From assembly GCF_036321535.1 (NCBI RefSeq), contig NC_087436.1, forward strand, positions 43,898,001 through 43,962,000: a DNA stretch of 64,000 nt. The letters run 5' to 3'. Position 1 is the first letter of the stretch. Each line of letters starts with the position of its first letter. Source of the DNA: Camelus dromedarius (Eukaryota). Below, one piece after another: positions 12,746-25,937 of this stretch. The notes under the pieces are model-generated. The model did not search any database, was not told the DNA's origin, and saw nothing but the letters and a program-made list of their open reading frames with translations. Position numbers and translations under genes: made by a program.

Positions 12746-13359
12746 AAGAAATAACTTCTGTCCATGAATATCAATTATATATATATATGTATATATATAT
12801 ATGAATGTATATTTCATAGGTGTGTGTGCACATGTGTGTGTTAAAATGACCTCCAAAAACTTAACAGGAAAATAATACTTGACTTATAGGAGACCAGCAA
12901 CTGGGAAAAGAAAAGATTCCAAAACAAGACTGCATTTCGAATCCTCAGTTTATCAGTGAAAAGATGCATGGTCTGAGCATGGTCTATTTAATTAATAGCT
13001 TTAGCTTCTCCATTAGAAAATGGGCAGTTCAGTATTTGTCCTTACTCTCAGAGAAGTGGTGCAGCATAACCCAGCTATCCTCACTTAGGTTTTTGAACAT
13101 TTGACCCTATTTAGATTTAAGGACCACTGGACAACAGATGCTCTTCTCTTTCTCTCAATCCCCTTTCTTTTATAATGCTAAGAGATGCTTATTGTGGAAT
13201 CAAGGAAATATAAAGAATAAAAGTAACTACTAATCCCACCACTTAAGTAAAAATGTTCATCCAAATTTATTTGGATTTTATTGTTCAGGATTAGTATTAG
13301 GTATTTTTGTAAAATATACATGTTATTGGTTTATACTGCAATTCCCCCACCCTCACCAC

Positions 13360-14210
13360 AAAGATTTAAGCAAGAAAAAACGTCAGATCGCTATTTCAGA
13401 AAGATAACTTTGGTTGTAATATGGAAAAAGCCTGGGGAGCCATGGCAGTAATGGGTACTAGTCACCGATCTATTTCTGGGGCTCCTCCTTCAGAGCACAT
13501 GGTACAACCGTGTTTCCCTGGCTCCTTGAAGTGAGGTGTGACTACATGGCTTCTCTAGACCAATGGTCACCTCTGTGCGAAGGTATTTAAGAGCCACTGA
13601 GCAAGTTCCAATTTCCCCTTCCCCCTGCCTGGCAACCAGCAAAATTCTAAATGGTAAGTATTCCATCAAGCTGGGTCCCTGAGAGAGTGACAAAAAGCTG
13701 AGATTTCTCCCTCTACACCCCATCAGATGGACATGTAGCAATAGGAAGGAACGGATCTTAATTGCTTTAAATCCCTAAGATTTTTTAGTTTGTTTGGATT
13801 TTTTTCCACAGCATAACCTTACTATCCTTACTGATACTGGGGACATGACTAGAGATAGGGTGAAGAGTTGGACATACTCCAGGAAAGAGATGATAGGGTC
13901 TGAACCAGTATAGTTGCAATAGGGTTGAAGAAAGGAAAATGCATACAAGCAACATTTAAGAAGAAAATTAGTAGGGTTTGATAACCAATGAGATACAAGG
14001 GTCAAAAAGGAAGACAAAGATGATTCCTAGGTATTGATTTGTGTAACGGGGTGGTCCATGGTACCATTTAATGAGACTGTAATCACTGGAGGACAAAATC
14101 TGATTGGTGGAGGGAGAAGGAGTTGGGAGATGAGTTAAGGTTTGGACCTACTGGACTTGACATATCTGGGACATCCAAATGGAGATGTTTAGTGGACTGT
14201 TGTACCATAG
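13360..14210 (-). mobile_element. L2 fragment interrupted by an MLT1 LTR
   Basis: ttcagaaagataactttggttgtaatatgg ... aaagatgattcctagg ... gggacatccaaatggagatgt. Confidence 0.7.
13445..13838 (+). mobile_element. Old MaLR LTR (MLT1H/I/J-like)
   Basis: tttccctggctccttgaagtgaggtgtgactacatgg...ccaatgg...tggacatgtagca...cagcataaccttactatccttactgatac. Confidence 0.7.
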
Positions 14211-14483
14211 GTCAAAACGGAATGAAGTAGGAAGAATGATGTTTTCTCCAGTCTATCTTCTCCAATCATATTTAGGGATGAAATAGCACAGTAGGTACTA
14301 GAACCTACTTTTTTTTTCCTTGTAGAAACGATTTTCGTTAAAATGTTCTTTTGAACAAATTCTGCTCTTGACTTTGCCTTCTTCCCTATAGGGGCATAGG
14401 ACCACATGCTAAGAATCTTGAAGTGATTTGAGAGCTTTCTTGCTTCATCATCTTCCACGTGTGCATAAACAGCTTCCACTCGG

Positions 14484-14918
14484 TATGTTAGTTTCCTATG
14501 GCAGCCACGCAAAGTACCACAAATGAGTGGCTTAAAACATAGAGATGTATTGTTTCAAAGTTCTGGAAGCTGGAAGTCTGAAATCAAAGTGTCACAGAGT
14601 CATGCTCTCTCTAAGGTTCCGTGCCTTTCTCTTAGCTTCTGGTATTGTCAGAAATCTTTGCATTCCTTGTCCTGTAGCTGCATAATTCGTCTCTGCCTCT
14701 GTCATGACATGGCATTCTCCCTGTGCCTTTGTCTTCACATGGCCACCTTCTTATAAGGACACCCGTCAGACTGGATTAAGGGCTCACCCTACTCCAGAAT
14801 GACCTCATCTTAACTAATTACCTCTGCAATGTCCCTATCTTCAAATAAAGTCATATTCTGAGGCACTGAGGATTAGGACTCCAATATATTTTGGTGGAGG
14901 ACAAGTCAACCCACAACA
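14484..14918 (-). mobile_element. MaLR solo LTR (MLT1C-like)
   Basis: ttagtttcctatggcagcc...agttctggaagctggaagtctgaaatcaa...ttcttataaggacacc...gacctcatcttaactaattac...caacccacaaca. Confidence 0.85.
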
Positions 14919-14924
14919 TTTGGT

Positions 14925-15240
14925 AAAACTGTGATAACCCTCAAATTTTAATGCCTTTAACAACAAAGTTTTTGTTGTTCATATTTCACATTGGGTACTG
15001 TTTGGCTTCAACTCTGAAACTCTGCTCCAGGTACATTGCCCTTTCTAGGATCCAGGCTGAGGAAAGCCCCTTTCTTGTTCATGAGGCAAAGGAAAGTTTC
15101 ATTTGGGGATGTTTTCAATTGCTGAACTACACAATGGTTTATAAAGCTTCTGCTTGGGACTGACGTATGTCACTTCTAATCACGTTTCACTGGTAAGTCA
15201 GGTCATATGGTCAAGTCTATAGGAATAAGAAGAATATGTA
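14925..15240 (-). mobile_element. Old MaLR LTR fragment (MLT1I/J-like)
   Basis: ggatccaggctgagga...aaagcttctgcttggga...tgtcacttct..tcacgtttcactgg...gtcatatggtcaag. Confidence 0.6.
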
Positions 15241-15344
15241 TTGAGTACCTGCCACATATTAGCTGGTCAATAAATGGGAGGAACCATTCCAACAAGCAGG
15301 TTTTTGACAAAGGGTTGCCCTATCTCTTCACTTTGGTAATTTTT

Positions 15345-15455
15345 CCAAAACAGGAACTAGGTCTTCTATTTCTTTTGCATTTTTCTCAGTGCTCTATATA
15401 AAATGCCTGGCACATGCTAACATTCAGTAAAGTTTTGCTGAATGAATGAATAAAT
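15345..15455 (+). mobile_element. L2 3' end
   Basis: atgcctggcacatgctaacattcagtaaagttttgctgaatgaatgaataaat. Confidence 0.7.
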
Positions 15456-15766
15456 ATACAGTTTGCATTCACTTTGCTTTTGTATCCTGACAAAAAAGAT
15501 TTCAGTTATTAAAGCCCTAAAGCACATAGTTAAAGATGAAAACCTCATTTGAGAAAATCAGTTGCTGAACAAATCATAATTTCAAAAGCATGTTTTACTG
15601 CTTTTAAATTCTCTATTACTAATATGAAAACTGGTACCTGAGATATATTGTTTTTAAATTAGTTTTTAAGGACATCTTTTTGCCTAGAGCCTATTCATGG
15701 AGGAAATTTTATTGTTCCCAGGATAGCATCTCAACCTCTTATCTAGTCCTCACACACTGTATCTTT

Positions 15767-16555
15767 TCTTTTTTAATTGAAGTAGTTGATTTACTAGGCT
15801 GTGTTAGTTTCTGGTGTACAGCATAGTGATTCAGCTATATATATATATTTTTTTTTCATATTCATTTCTATTATAGGTTATTACAAGCTACTGAATATAG
15901 TTCCTTGTGCTATACAGTAGGACCTTGTTGTTTATCTACTTTATATATAGTAGTTTGTGTCTGTAAATCCCAAACTCCTAATTTATTGCTCCCCCTCCTT
16001 CTCCTTTGGTAATGATAAGTTTGTTCTCTATGTCTATGAGGCTGTTTCTGTTTCATAAATAAATGTTCATTTGTGTCATTTTTTTTAGATTCCACATATA
16101 AGTGATATCGTATGATATTTATCTTTCTCTGAATGACTTATTTTACTTAGTATGATAATCTCTAGGTCCATCGAAGTTGATGCAGATAGCATTATTTCAT
16201 TCTTTTTTATGCCTAAGTAGTATTCCATTGTGTATGCATATATACCACATCTTCTTTACCCAATCATCTACCGATGGACAATTAGGTTGCTTCCATGTCT
16301 TGGCTATTGTAAATGGTGCTGCTATGGACATTAGGGTGCATGTATCTTTTCAAATTAGAATTTTCTTTAGCTATATGCTTGGGAGTGGGATTGCTTGATC
16401 ATATGGTAACTCTATTTTTAGTTTTTTAAGGAACCTCCATAGTGGCTGCACCAATTTACATTCCCACCAATGTTGTAGAAGGATTCCTTTTTCTCCACAC
16501 CCTCTCTGGCATTTTTTGTCTGTGAACATTTTAATGATGGCTATTCTGACTGGTG
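15767..16555 (-). mobile_element. L1 3' end (about 790 bp) with 18-bp TSD
   Basis: Typical L1 3' text (tagattccacatataagtgatatc; ggttgcttccatgtcttggctattgtaaat; caatttacattcccaccaa). TSD ctcacacactgtatcttt (15749-15766) / ctcatacacagtatcttt (16556-16573). Confidence 0.92.
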
Positions 16556-19500
16556 CTCATACACAGTATCTTTCTTCAACTTGACATCTCATTTCCTAAT
16601 AAATTCACACTTTATCTTTTGCTAAAGACCCTTTCTACCTCTCTGTTCCCAGGTCACTCATACTAGACATTTAAAAAAGCCCTGTAATCTTATAATGAGC
16701 AATTCTTATATATTTATTCATGTTTATTTATGTTTTAATTCTTGACTTTTTAACATTCAGGTAGTTCAAAAATAAAAATATCAACAAGTTAAAGGCACCT
16801 AGATTATCTAAAGAGACATATTAGAAAAAATAGTCTGAAAGCTAAATTTATCCAACTCTATTCATCCACAAATGCTTTTTAAACCGTATTAGCCTAAGAA
16901 ATCAACTATTGATTTATTTTTGGTCTCTCTTCAAACCACTGCAAGGTAGCACAGATATTTCCAAAAAAGGTTTGTTGAATAAAGTTTATCAGGTTACCCA
17001 TTTTCATGGTTGTAAAAGTTTAAAAGGAAATGGAAAAAATACCCTCATTCTGAGCCTGCTTCATCTCCATGTACTGCAGTTAGCCACGCTGTAAAGAGTA
17101 CAATGTATCTCCTTACGGAGGCACTACACTAAATTCTGGTTCCCTGCCCCCGACAGAAATGTTGTGGGCTGGGGAGTGGCCAGTCCACCCCAGCATCAGG
17201 ACCCCCAAATCTGCAGGGAATGCTCAAAACCAGGGTCTATGAAACCATTCTTGGCCTTGCAACCCAGTCTGCTCGCAACTGCCACTGACATGCAAATCCA
17301 AACATGCTCTTTATCTCCCTTTCAAAAGTCCTCTTTTCGTATTTTCTTTTAATCATGTAGCAACTGTCCTTTTCAGAAGTGGGAAAGTTACTGAAGAAAT
17401 CACAGAAGTTGGCAATCACATTGAGGCCGGTGCCTACATTCCCTGGCATCCCACAAGTGAGGATGGTTTGACTCGTTAGAACCCTACTGTGCCTGCCTCA
17501 AACCATGCTAAACAGAAGCTAACGCTAAATGCCTTCAATACTTTTTGAAAAAATCCATCAAAGGTTTTGCTGAATGATATTTATAAGGGCCTTACTGTTC
17601 TCTTTCAAAAACTGAAATGCCCTTCTCCGACACTTGAAAAAAATTGCTTGCGCTTTTCATCCTTCCCTCTCAGAGTGTAAACATTGTTTTGAGTGAAAGG
17701 AGCTGAAGGAGCACTTACTTTCCCTTGAAATTTTATTTTTAAATAAGAGAGGGAGAAAATCCTTTTTCTGACTAATACTAATAATACAGGTCACAGTGTC
17801 AGGCGATATACAATTAAATGGAAAACAAAACACATTCCCCCTCTTTTTCCCACAGTACAATGGCGCTGGAATATAAATTACCGATGAAGATGAAATAATA
17901 CTTCAAAGCTTGTAGGGCAGGGCAGGGCAGTGTTTATAAAGTATTTTCTATGGCATGATGAGACATTAAAGATGATGGTAACCCATGGACTTGGGGGTGT
18001 TACTGAATAGTCTAAAACTAGCATGAGGTTGGATTTTAGGTCCTTGTAGCCTGTGACCCTGTGATATGCTTTGTTTCGCAAGGGCAGCTGCAGTTATCAA
18101 CAGATGTTTCAGCAATAAATAATTGGTATCATCTCGGAAAAGACCCATCTACCTGGGGAGAGGGCATAATACCAAAAACACTGCCCAGCTATTACAGCCA
18201 CATTAATCTCCCATCTCTCCAGGTTTCTTGGGGAGCGTACTGCAGGTGTTTTTTCTGGGAGAGAGCGGACAAACTCTCTCAAGTCAGCAAGCTTTGTGTG
18301 GAGTGTAAAGGAGGTTGGCCCCTGCCATAAATTTCTGTCTGTGGCCACACACCAAAGGAGAAAAGATCGGGGGTGGGGAGTGTTGGGGGGGATGGGGAAG
18401 GAGGAGAGGGGAGGAGTGGAGAGGGAGGAAACGGGGGAGGCTGTGGAGAACAGAAAGCAAAGCACAAAGCACAGATGATTTTTCTTGGTTAAGCCTAAGA
18501 GAGTAATTAAAAATGACTCTTAATTTTTACCAAATAAGGCACTCAGCACAATTCTATGCTTAACTTTGCTCTAATAGTGGAATTTACTTAAAGACAGTGT
18601 TTACACTCCAAGTGCAATGATAATTTTTTAAATGGAGGGGAAACTTTTTATGGGAAGGATTCATTTCAAGATAAATCATAGAAATTTAGGTCCATGAAAA
18701 AAAACTGTAAGAAGAGATAAGGGAAAAGACAAACTCAGCAGCCTTTAACTATTTTTTATGTGGGAACAGAATCTCACAGTTGATGATTAAAACATGGCCA
18801 TTCAGCTTCAGGAAAGTATAATATTGAAACCAGTGTATAATGGGACAAAAACAAATCATGGAATTTCCTCAAGGTACTTTGGACAAGCTAAGGTATTACA
18901 AGGAACATGAGTTCACAGGGCACTATGGTTCTCCGTGTTTACAAAATAGAGTGGTTTAGCAATTGTGCACTTGGGGTCTGACACAATAGGAAAGCATTCT
19001 AAGAGTCTTTAGGAGGTGTGGTTGCTTAATTTATAGCTTGCTGGGTAAGCTAAAGAAAATGATGCCCAGAGTTCAAAAAGCTCCCAGGTTAAACACATTA
19101 GGGGCTTAAAGCAGTCTAATGGATGGATTCTTAGAGCTGAGTAATCTTGGGAGCTGGGCACAAATTTCTTAAATTCTCTGTGCCTCTATTTCCCCCTAAT
19201 TGTGACTCCTGTGCATTATAGAAGGAACAATGAATGGCCTCCTGAAACAGTCTAACAAACTATGAACAGTTTGTCTCTCAACTCACATTAACTCCCAAAC
19301 ACAGCAAGACTTGGAGTTTTTAAAACACCATTTTCACCTTTTCAGCCAGTATCACTATCATCTTTGAATGCAGTGAAGGGGATCTGGTGATTAGGGGGTG
19401 GAATCAAAGGAGTAAAACTCTGGTTATAGGGATGGGCTGCATCTCCATATCTCAGCCTGCGTTGGAAATTCAGAGGAACTTTCTAAGCCCCAAAGGTCAA

Positions 19501-19673
19501 AGCAGAGGTCACCCCCTCTGTGAAGCTATCCTGCTCTCATCTTCCTTGGACGCTACATAAAGTTCTTACATGCCACTGGCCGAACATCACAGGGCTTTCC
19601 AAGCACTTCTCCACTCCTACCCTTGTTCATGCTCTCTGCCTTTCCCCATCAATCTCACCCTCCTCTTTTATAG

Positions 19674-19859
19674 CAGTGGTTCTCAAACTCTAACACGCAT
19701 CAGAATTGTCTGGAGGGCTGCGTAATGCTGACTCCTAGACCCTCAGCCTCAGAGTTCTTGATCTGGTAAAACTAGCATAGGGCTTAGGAATCTGAATTTC
19801 CAACAAGTTTCCAGGTAGTGCCAGTGCTGTTGTTGGGAGAGCTGACTTAAGCACCACTG
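19674..19859. mobile_element. MER5A hAT-Charlie MITE with 8-bp TSD
   Basis: Termini cagtggttctcaaa...aagcaccactg; flanks ttttatag / ttttagag. Confidence 0.85.
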
Positions 19860-19867
19860 TTTTAGAG

Positions 19868-20058
19868 CTGCGCTGTCCAATAAAATAGTAGCCCTAGTCA
19901 CATGTGGCTCTTTGTACAGAAGTTCATTTTAAAAATTAGATAAAACTAAAAATTCAGTTCTTCAATCATTCTGGTCACATTTCAGGCCCTCAAGAGCCAC
20001 ATGTGGCCAGGGCCTAACGTACTGAGATGTAGAACATTAAAGCTCTAGTGGAAGCCTA
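19868..20058 (-). mobile_element. MER3 hAT-Charlie MITE
   Basis: ctgcgctgtccaata...agtcacatgtggct...aaaaattcagttc...cacatttca...agccacatgtggc...agatgtagaacatt. Confidence 0.8.
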
Positions 20059-20139
20059 CCGCTCACGTTGGAGTGAGCAAGTCTCACAGCTTCTCCCTGT
20101 GCTTTCAAGGTCAGCCCCGGGGGCTTCCTGGGGGAGAGA

Positions 20140-20350
20140 CTGGAATGGGATGGAGGAAAGGGCGTGAGTCACAGCCCTGTCACTCACTTGTCTGTTGCCC
20201 TGGGCGAGTTAATCTCCCTGCACCTTAATTTCCTCACCTGCAAAATGGGGATGATAACAGTAATAATCACTGGAGCACTATTTTGAGAATTAAATGAGAT
20301 GACGCATGTGCAAGCATTCTGTAAACCCTAGCGTGTTATACACATTATAG
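20140..20350 (+). mobile_element. MIR SINE
   Basis: ctgggcgagttaa...tttcctcacctgcaaaatggggatgataa...gagaattaaatgagat. Confidence 0.8.
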
Positions 20351-21427
20351 TTTTTGGTCCATTCCACTCTCCACTAATAATAAGCACACTTATTTAAAAC
20401 CCCTGGCTCACCACTGGATTTGTTTTTCTTCTTTGCCTGTTGTCCTTAGTCTGCTTAACCCAGTCTGCTTATTTTCTTGCAGGGTTGGTGGGGAAGGAGG
20501 GGTGGTGGTTACTGTTTCTATTAAGTCTCCAATGATGCTGTTATGTGTGCATAGATCAGGTGGTCTTCCCTGGATTTTTGTTTTGATAGACAAAGACTAA
20601 GTCTATATGTTTATTTTGGGGATGATCCCAAAACACATTCCCATGTAAACTGATAAAAGAAAATTCTTAGGATACTGTGATTGCTTGTAATGCCTGGTCT
20701 CCAGACAAATGTATATATTTTAGATGAGAAAAAAAAACACAAGCTGATAGACTCTCTTCTTTGCTAATCATCTAAGAGAACGTGGTGGGGGGGGGGGAAT
20801 GCTACCAAAAAGGAAAATGGCACTCCTAGTAGCACCCCCAGAACTTAAGCCTGAAATCTGAGCTCAGATCTGAGTTCATGTGTTATTCTTGAGGCTCTCT
20901 CCTATCTGGAGTGGAGGTACCCATTCGATTAATTTCCAATACAAGAGTTGAGGAATAAGCCAACTCATGTCAATGACTTTGACTTGATACTTTCTAAGCA
21001 GCCTGAATCACAGTGAGATAAAGGAACAAATAGGATTCTAGGCAGGGCTCAGGGAAGGGACATGTCAGACTCCAATAACTTAGACAGAGAGTCACATTGA
21101 TGTAATAGTGGTGAATTAATTTTTTTAATCTGCCTCACTTTAAGAAAGTAGCATGTCAAAAGAAAAATGCTATAAGGCAGGGTGGAATCAAAACTACTGC
21201 TTCTGGCCCACCAAAGATATGCAAATATTTCAGCATGACAGGTTCTCATTGGGCCCACTGACCACCCTTCTTCACTTTTGCTTGATTTGGTTTTCCAACA
21301 GAGGGTCTTACGGGCAAGCGGAGCTTTCCTAAAAGCTTTCCCCCCCACATTACTCAGTCTGGCAGAGCTGGCCATAAAGGTAATGGCTGTCTATGCTTCA
21401 GAGAAATTTAATCTATTAGACCACTTA

Positions 21428-21655
<228 letters not shown>

Positions 21656-22170
21656 TCAGGTAAGGAAATTGCAGTCAAAGAAAAGGCTGTTGAGTTACCA
21701 ATGTTATGATGAAGCACCTCAGTGGCAAACTTTTTTTCCCCCTACCTCTTGCTGGCTGGTCTGAGAGCAAAAAGCTATCTGTCAGGGGTGGCCCTGCACT
21801 ACTTTGCCCTACAGGTAAATTGGGGTAGTCAGGCATTAAGGAAGGTTTTTAGCAGGAAGTAAAGCACTTCAGTGACTATCTCTGCATGAAGAATCAGAGA
21901 AAGGAATGAAGGAAATATTCTCCCTGTAAAATGAGAAAGGGACTGAGGTGGAATGGCATTTGGGGCTTGTGGCAGCTGGTAATGCAGAGAATCAATTTGT
22001 ACAAATTCTTATTTACTTCTCTAAGACATCACCTCACCTCTGACTTTCACTGTGGACTACATTTGAATATAGACAATGAATATAAAAACCCCACATCAAT
22101 TTGTTATGAAATGGCCTTGTTTCACAGTAGGAGATATAGTTAATCTCCTAATGGACACCAAACCTAATTA

Positions 22171-22493
22171 TAGTTGTCAACAGTCTCCTACCCAAACTTA
22201 GGAAACCCCAAAAGCTCTGGAAACTAGAAGGTTTTTTCTTAAGCTTGACACCCAAACCAGACTTGAATTGACTAAAGGCTATTTATAATCTTGTTTATCC
22301 TGCTTGGTGAGATTAGTCAGAGTTTTGCTCTAAAAATTTTAATCTTTGATTGTAGATGCTGCCCCCAGCTTCCGCTGGAGTGCTAATAAACAGATAGTAT
22401 ATGCACCACACTACTCTTTCTAATATTTGAAAAAATCCTGAATTCTGAAGCACATGTGACCCCTACGTCTGTGAATAAGGGGTCACAGACCTG
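22171..22493 (+). mobile_element. MER46C (TcMar-Tigger) DNA element
   Basis: caaaagctctggaaac...aggctatttata...gctgcccccag...gtatatgcacc...tgaattctgaagcacat...ataagggg...gacctg, followed by TA. Confidence 0.8.
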
Positions 22494-22499
22494 TATGTA

Positions 22500-23162
22500 T
22501 GACTGCCAGCTATAAATCTCTAGGTGCTTGGTTTGCAGACATCTCAGACTCAACACATCTAAAACTGAACTCATCACCTTTTCTCTATATATGTGTTTCT
22601 CTCTCTATGTTCTATTTTGATAAATGCTACTACCATTCACTGAGTCACCCAAGTCGGAAACCCAGAAGTTTTTCTCCCTCGTCCTCACCGAATCTAACTA
22701 GTTATCAAATTCTGTGAATCCTAAGATGAATCTTCTCCTTTTAATTATCAGTAATTCTTGTTTGAATCATTGTTTCCTATCTTGCCCCATCCACTTCATC
22801 TTCTGCATTGTTGATCCCCAGTTTGCTAAAAACAAGATGGACCAGGCCATTGCTCTACACAAAATTCTTTGCTCCTTTTGCACGTCCTGTCCTCCCTGTT
22901 TGCACTGCCCTCCCTCCATTGCTTCATGGCCAAGTTCAGGCCCACTGACTTCATTTCAGCATTCAATGCAAACTCTGCCACTTCTCATCAGCCTGCCATG
23001 ATCTCCCAGTGAATTGAGATGCCCCTTGTAAGTGCTCCCAAACCCACAGGTGCCTGCTCCTTTCAGTGTTCACGTCACTGCTCTCTAGCCACATCTGCCC
23101 TCTCATTGTGCTGTGGACTGCCAGTTCCCTGAAGACAGGCATCATGTCTTACCACTTCTGTA
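22500..23162 (+). mobile_element. L2 fragment
   Basis: catctcagactcaacacatctaaaactgaactcatc ... gttccctgaagacaggcatcatgtctta. Confidence 0.7.
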
Positions 23163-23671
23163 AAACACACAATGATATTAAAAGAAGGATCAGTCTTATG
23201 TTTACATGAGACATGCTAAATAGGACAAAAGAGGTGTGACAGAAAGAGTAGAAAAAGAAGAGAAGGAAGGAAATGTAAATCTGTCTTGGTTCCTAATGCC
23301 TTTTTATCTCCTTGCCACCAACTGGACAAACGTAAAAAAGTCTCCCAATGGGGAAGGACTGCTTCGCATTGAGAGGCTAATGCATGGGCCATGCCAGTGA
23401 ATGATCTGAACTGACGACTAAGGATGACTTACAAATATCACACTGAAAACACTGCCCCCCACTCTCGTCCACCACCCCATTCAGCAACCCAGAACTACTG
23501 TCCACCCACTGTATGACAACACCGCCCCAACAAAGGCACAACCACGGGGTTGGAGACCTACGTGGTCACAATCTCCTCCTACCACCATTGACATAATTTT
23601 GACCTCTGAAAACATTTCCAATATATATGTAGAGAAAACTTCTGAAATGATATTTCTAAATAGTCACAAAT

Positions 23672-23794
23672 AGGATGACTATTCAGTTCTGTTTGCTTAG
23701 GGCAGTCTTATGTAGTCATAGTGTACTTATCAACAGCACTCTTCTTCACTTTCAGAAGTAGTCCAGCGTGACTGATAAATTATTTGGACACTCT
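23672..23794 (-). mobile_element. MER94 (hAT-Blackjack) MITE
   Basis: aggatgactat...tttgcttagggcagtc...ttcactttcagaagt...gataaattatttggacactct. Confidence 0.65.
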
Positions 23795-25937
23795 GTCCAT
23801 GAGTGTCAAGCTCAGGAATCAAAGGAGTAGTTAAATGAGAAGAGAAATGTGACTTCTGGTTTCAGAGAATTTCTTTATGTTTTGGCACTGAAAAGCTTTA
23901 AATATTTTCAAAATTTCTTCATGATGATGGAGAAAAATCTGTATTTTACACAACATTTTTGCCTCTTTGTACCACCCTTTTCCTACAGATCATGCCACAG
24001 CGTGGGAAGTCCTGAAATGTAAGATGCATCTGAAATACGTTTTAAAAATGTATCTCTGTTTAGATTTCAGTTCCTTCTCTATCTCGTCTCAGGGGAGTTG
24101 CTTGGGCTAGTCACCCATGCTGACTAGGACAACTTCTGAGGGAAAAGGATGGGGCTGAGAGGAGGAGGGAAAAGGATAAAAACCACAGTGTTCATGTTCG
24201 AGTCTGCTGGCTGGCCCTGTCGCCTTAAGTGACCCTGTACTAATGCCTTTCTCTTGGAGCACATGCGGGTGACGACATCGGTGGTGGTGGCGGCCCAACC
24301 CGCAAGCTAGAGCTTCTCTGAAACCATCTGCCGAGGGACAGCTCTGCGTTCAGACTGCATCCAGCCTCACCAGTGGCGCTCAAGTGGGCCGTGGCGCTCG
24401 AGTGGGCCTTGCAGCAGGCAGTGGTGATGGGCAAATGCTGAGTCTGTCAATGGCTGAGCACAGCGTTCCTCCCTAACTGGTTTATAGGATTCAGCCATCT
24501 CCAGCAGTCAGCGCCTGATGGAGCAGTAGCCTCCTCCTCCTCTCTGATCACTCACTTCCCAAGCAGCTTACCTGAAGGGCCATGGCTAATGCAGTGATTT
24601 TGCAGTTGTGATTTACCTTATCTGGAACTAAACTGATTATTTCTCCTATTCTGTGCTACTTGGGGAGAAAAAGAAAAAGCAAATGCTTCCCAAGTGGGGG
24701 CTCAGAGTCTTTACTAGGGAGAACACAAAGCTTAAAGGAATTTAGGCTGAAGAGACAAGGGACACGATGTAGTAAAAGGACAAGAAAAAAACTTCAGGAG
24801 AAATAACAGAACACAACACACTGCCCCCGGGGAGAACTAGGACCAGCACTGGAGCGAGCAAGGTCACACACTGATGTATCTGACTAGTAAAGAAGGAAAA
24901 CACAAACTAAGGTTGTGAAGCAACTAGATATGGGGTATTTTATCTTGAAAAGAGTACGGATGACAGGCTACAAAAAATTAGACTCCTAAAGGCACCTAAA
25001 TGTTCCCCTGTAAAAATGTATGTGCCTATGTACAAGAAGACAGGGGAAAGACTCTCCCAGAACTTTTCCCCATTACATAATCAACAACAAAAGAGATGGG
25101 GACTGTGCATTTTATACAGGAATCTTATTTCTGTAAGGGATAGCAAATCACTAAAAATAGAAAAATATTAAAAGCACATAAAAAGGACACACTGATAGAA
25201 ATGAAGGAAAATTATTTGAATGCTAAAAAGAAATCTAAGGGAAGAAGGTTGCCTCTCCAAAACTGGCTAAAGAAGAAATGAGAATTGCTTTAACTTTCTA
25301 ACTTTCTAGACTTTGTGATTGAAAACTTCCCAGTGACTCACCTAAAACTGTCAATGGCACAAGCTATGAATGAGCAAAAAAGCCGAATTCTTACACCCTG
25401 ATAATGATACATTAAGTATTTATCAGTATTAGTGGATTTATTTTACAAATGGCATGTAAATACAACATGAGAAATATACTGATGATCAAAACAGAGAGAT
25501 GGGACTGATGAGATGACATATTTGTGGAAACTGTGGAAGTCTATGGAAACTGATAAAGCACAAAAGCCTAGTTTGAAAAAAAAGTAGGTGCCACCATTCA
25601 GAAGTGGCTTCAATTTTTTAATAATTGAAATTTACGTGCACCAGCCCACTTGGACCCTTTGTTCTTCTTGAACTAAACTGTTTCTTGTAGCCTCATGTTT
25701 ACTGAAGCTTAAAATTAGAACTGACAGCAATTCACTGCAACAAAGTGGGCTTCCTCCCTGGCCCGTCCGCCCGCAGCCCATGTCCCATTCATGCCCTAGA
25801 AATCCACTCATTTCTCGGTGGTCATCTGCCAAGAGAAGAAAAATAGGGCAGAGATGAGAACGTGCCGTTCAGACAGGGGAGAGGAGAGCAAACCTGCTGC
25901 TCCCCACTCCCCCCAGCGCCTCCCATTGGGATCTCAC

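Noticed and set aside
18109..18506. Cluster of overlapping Pro/Gly-rich ORFs
   Set aside because: An artefact of the low-complexity G/purine tract, which lacks stop codons.
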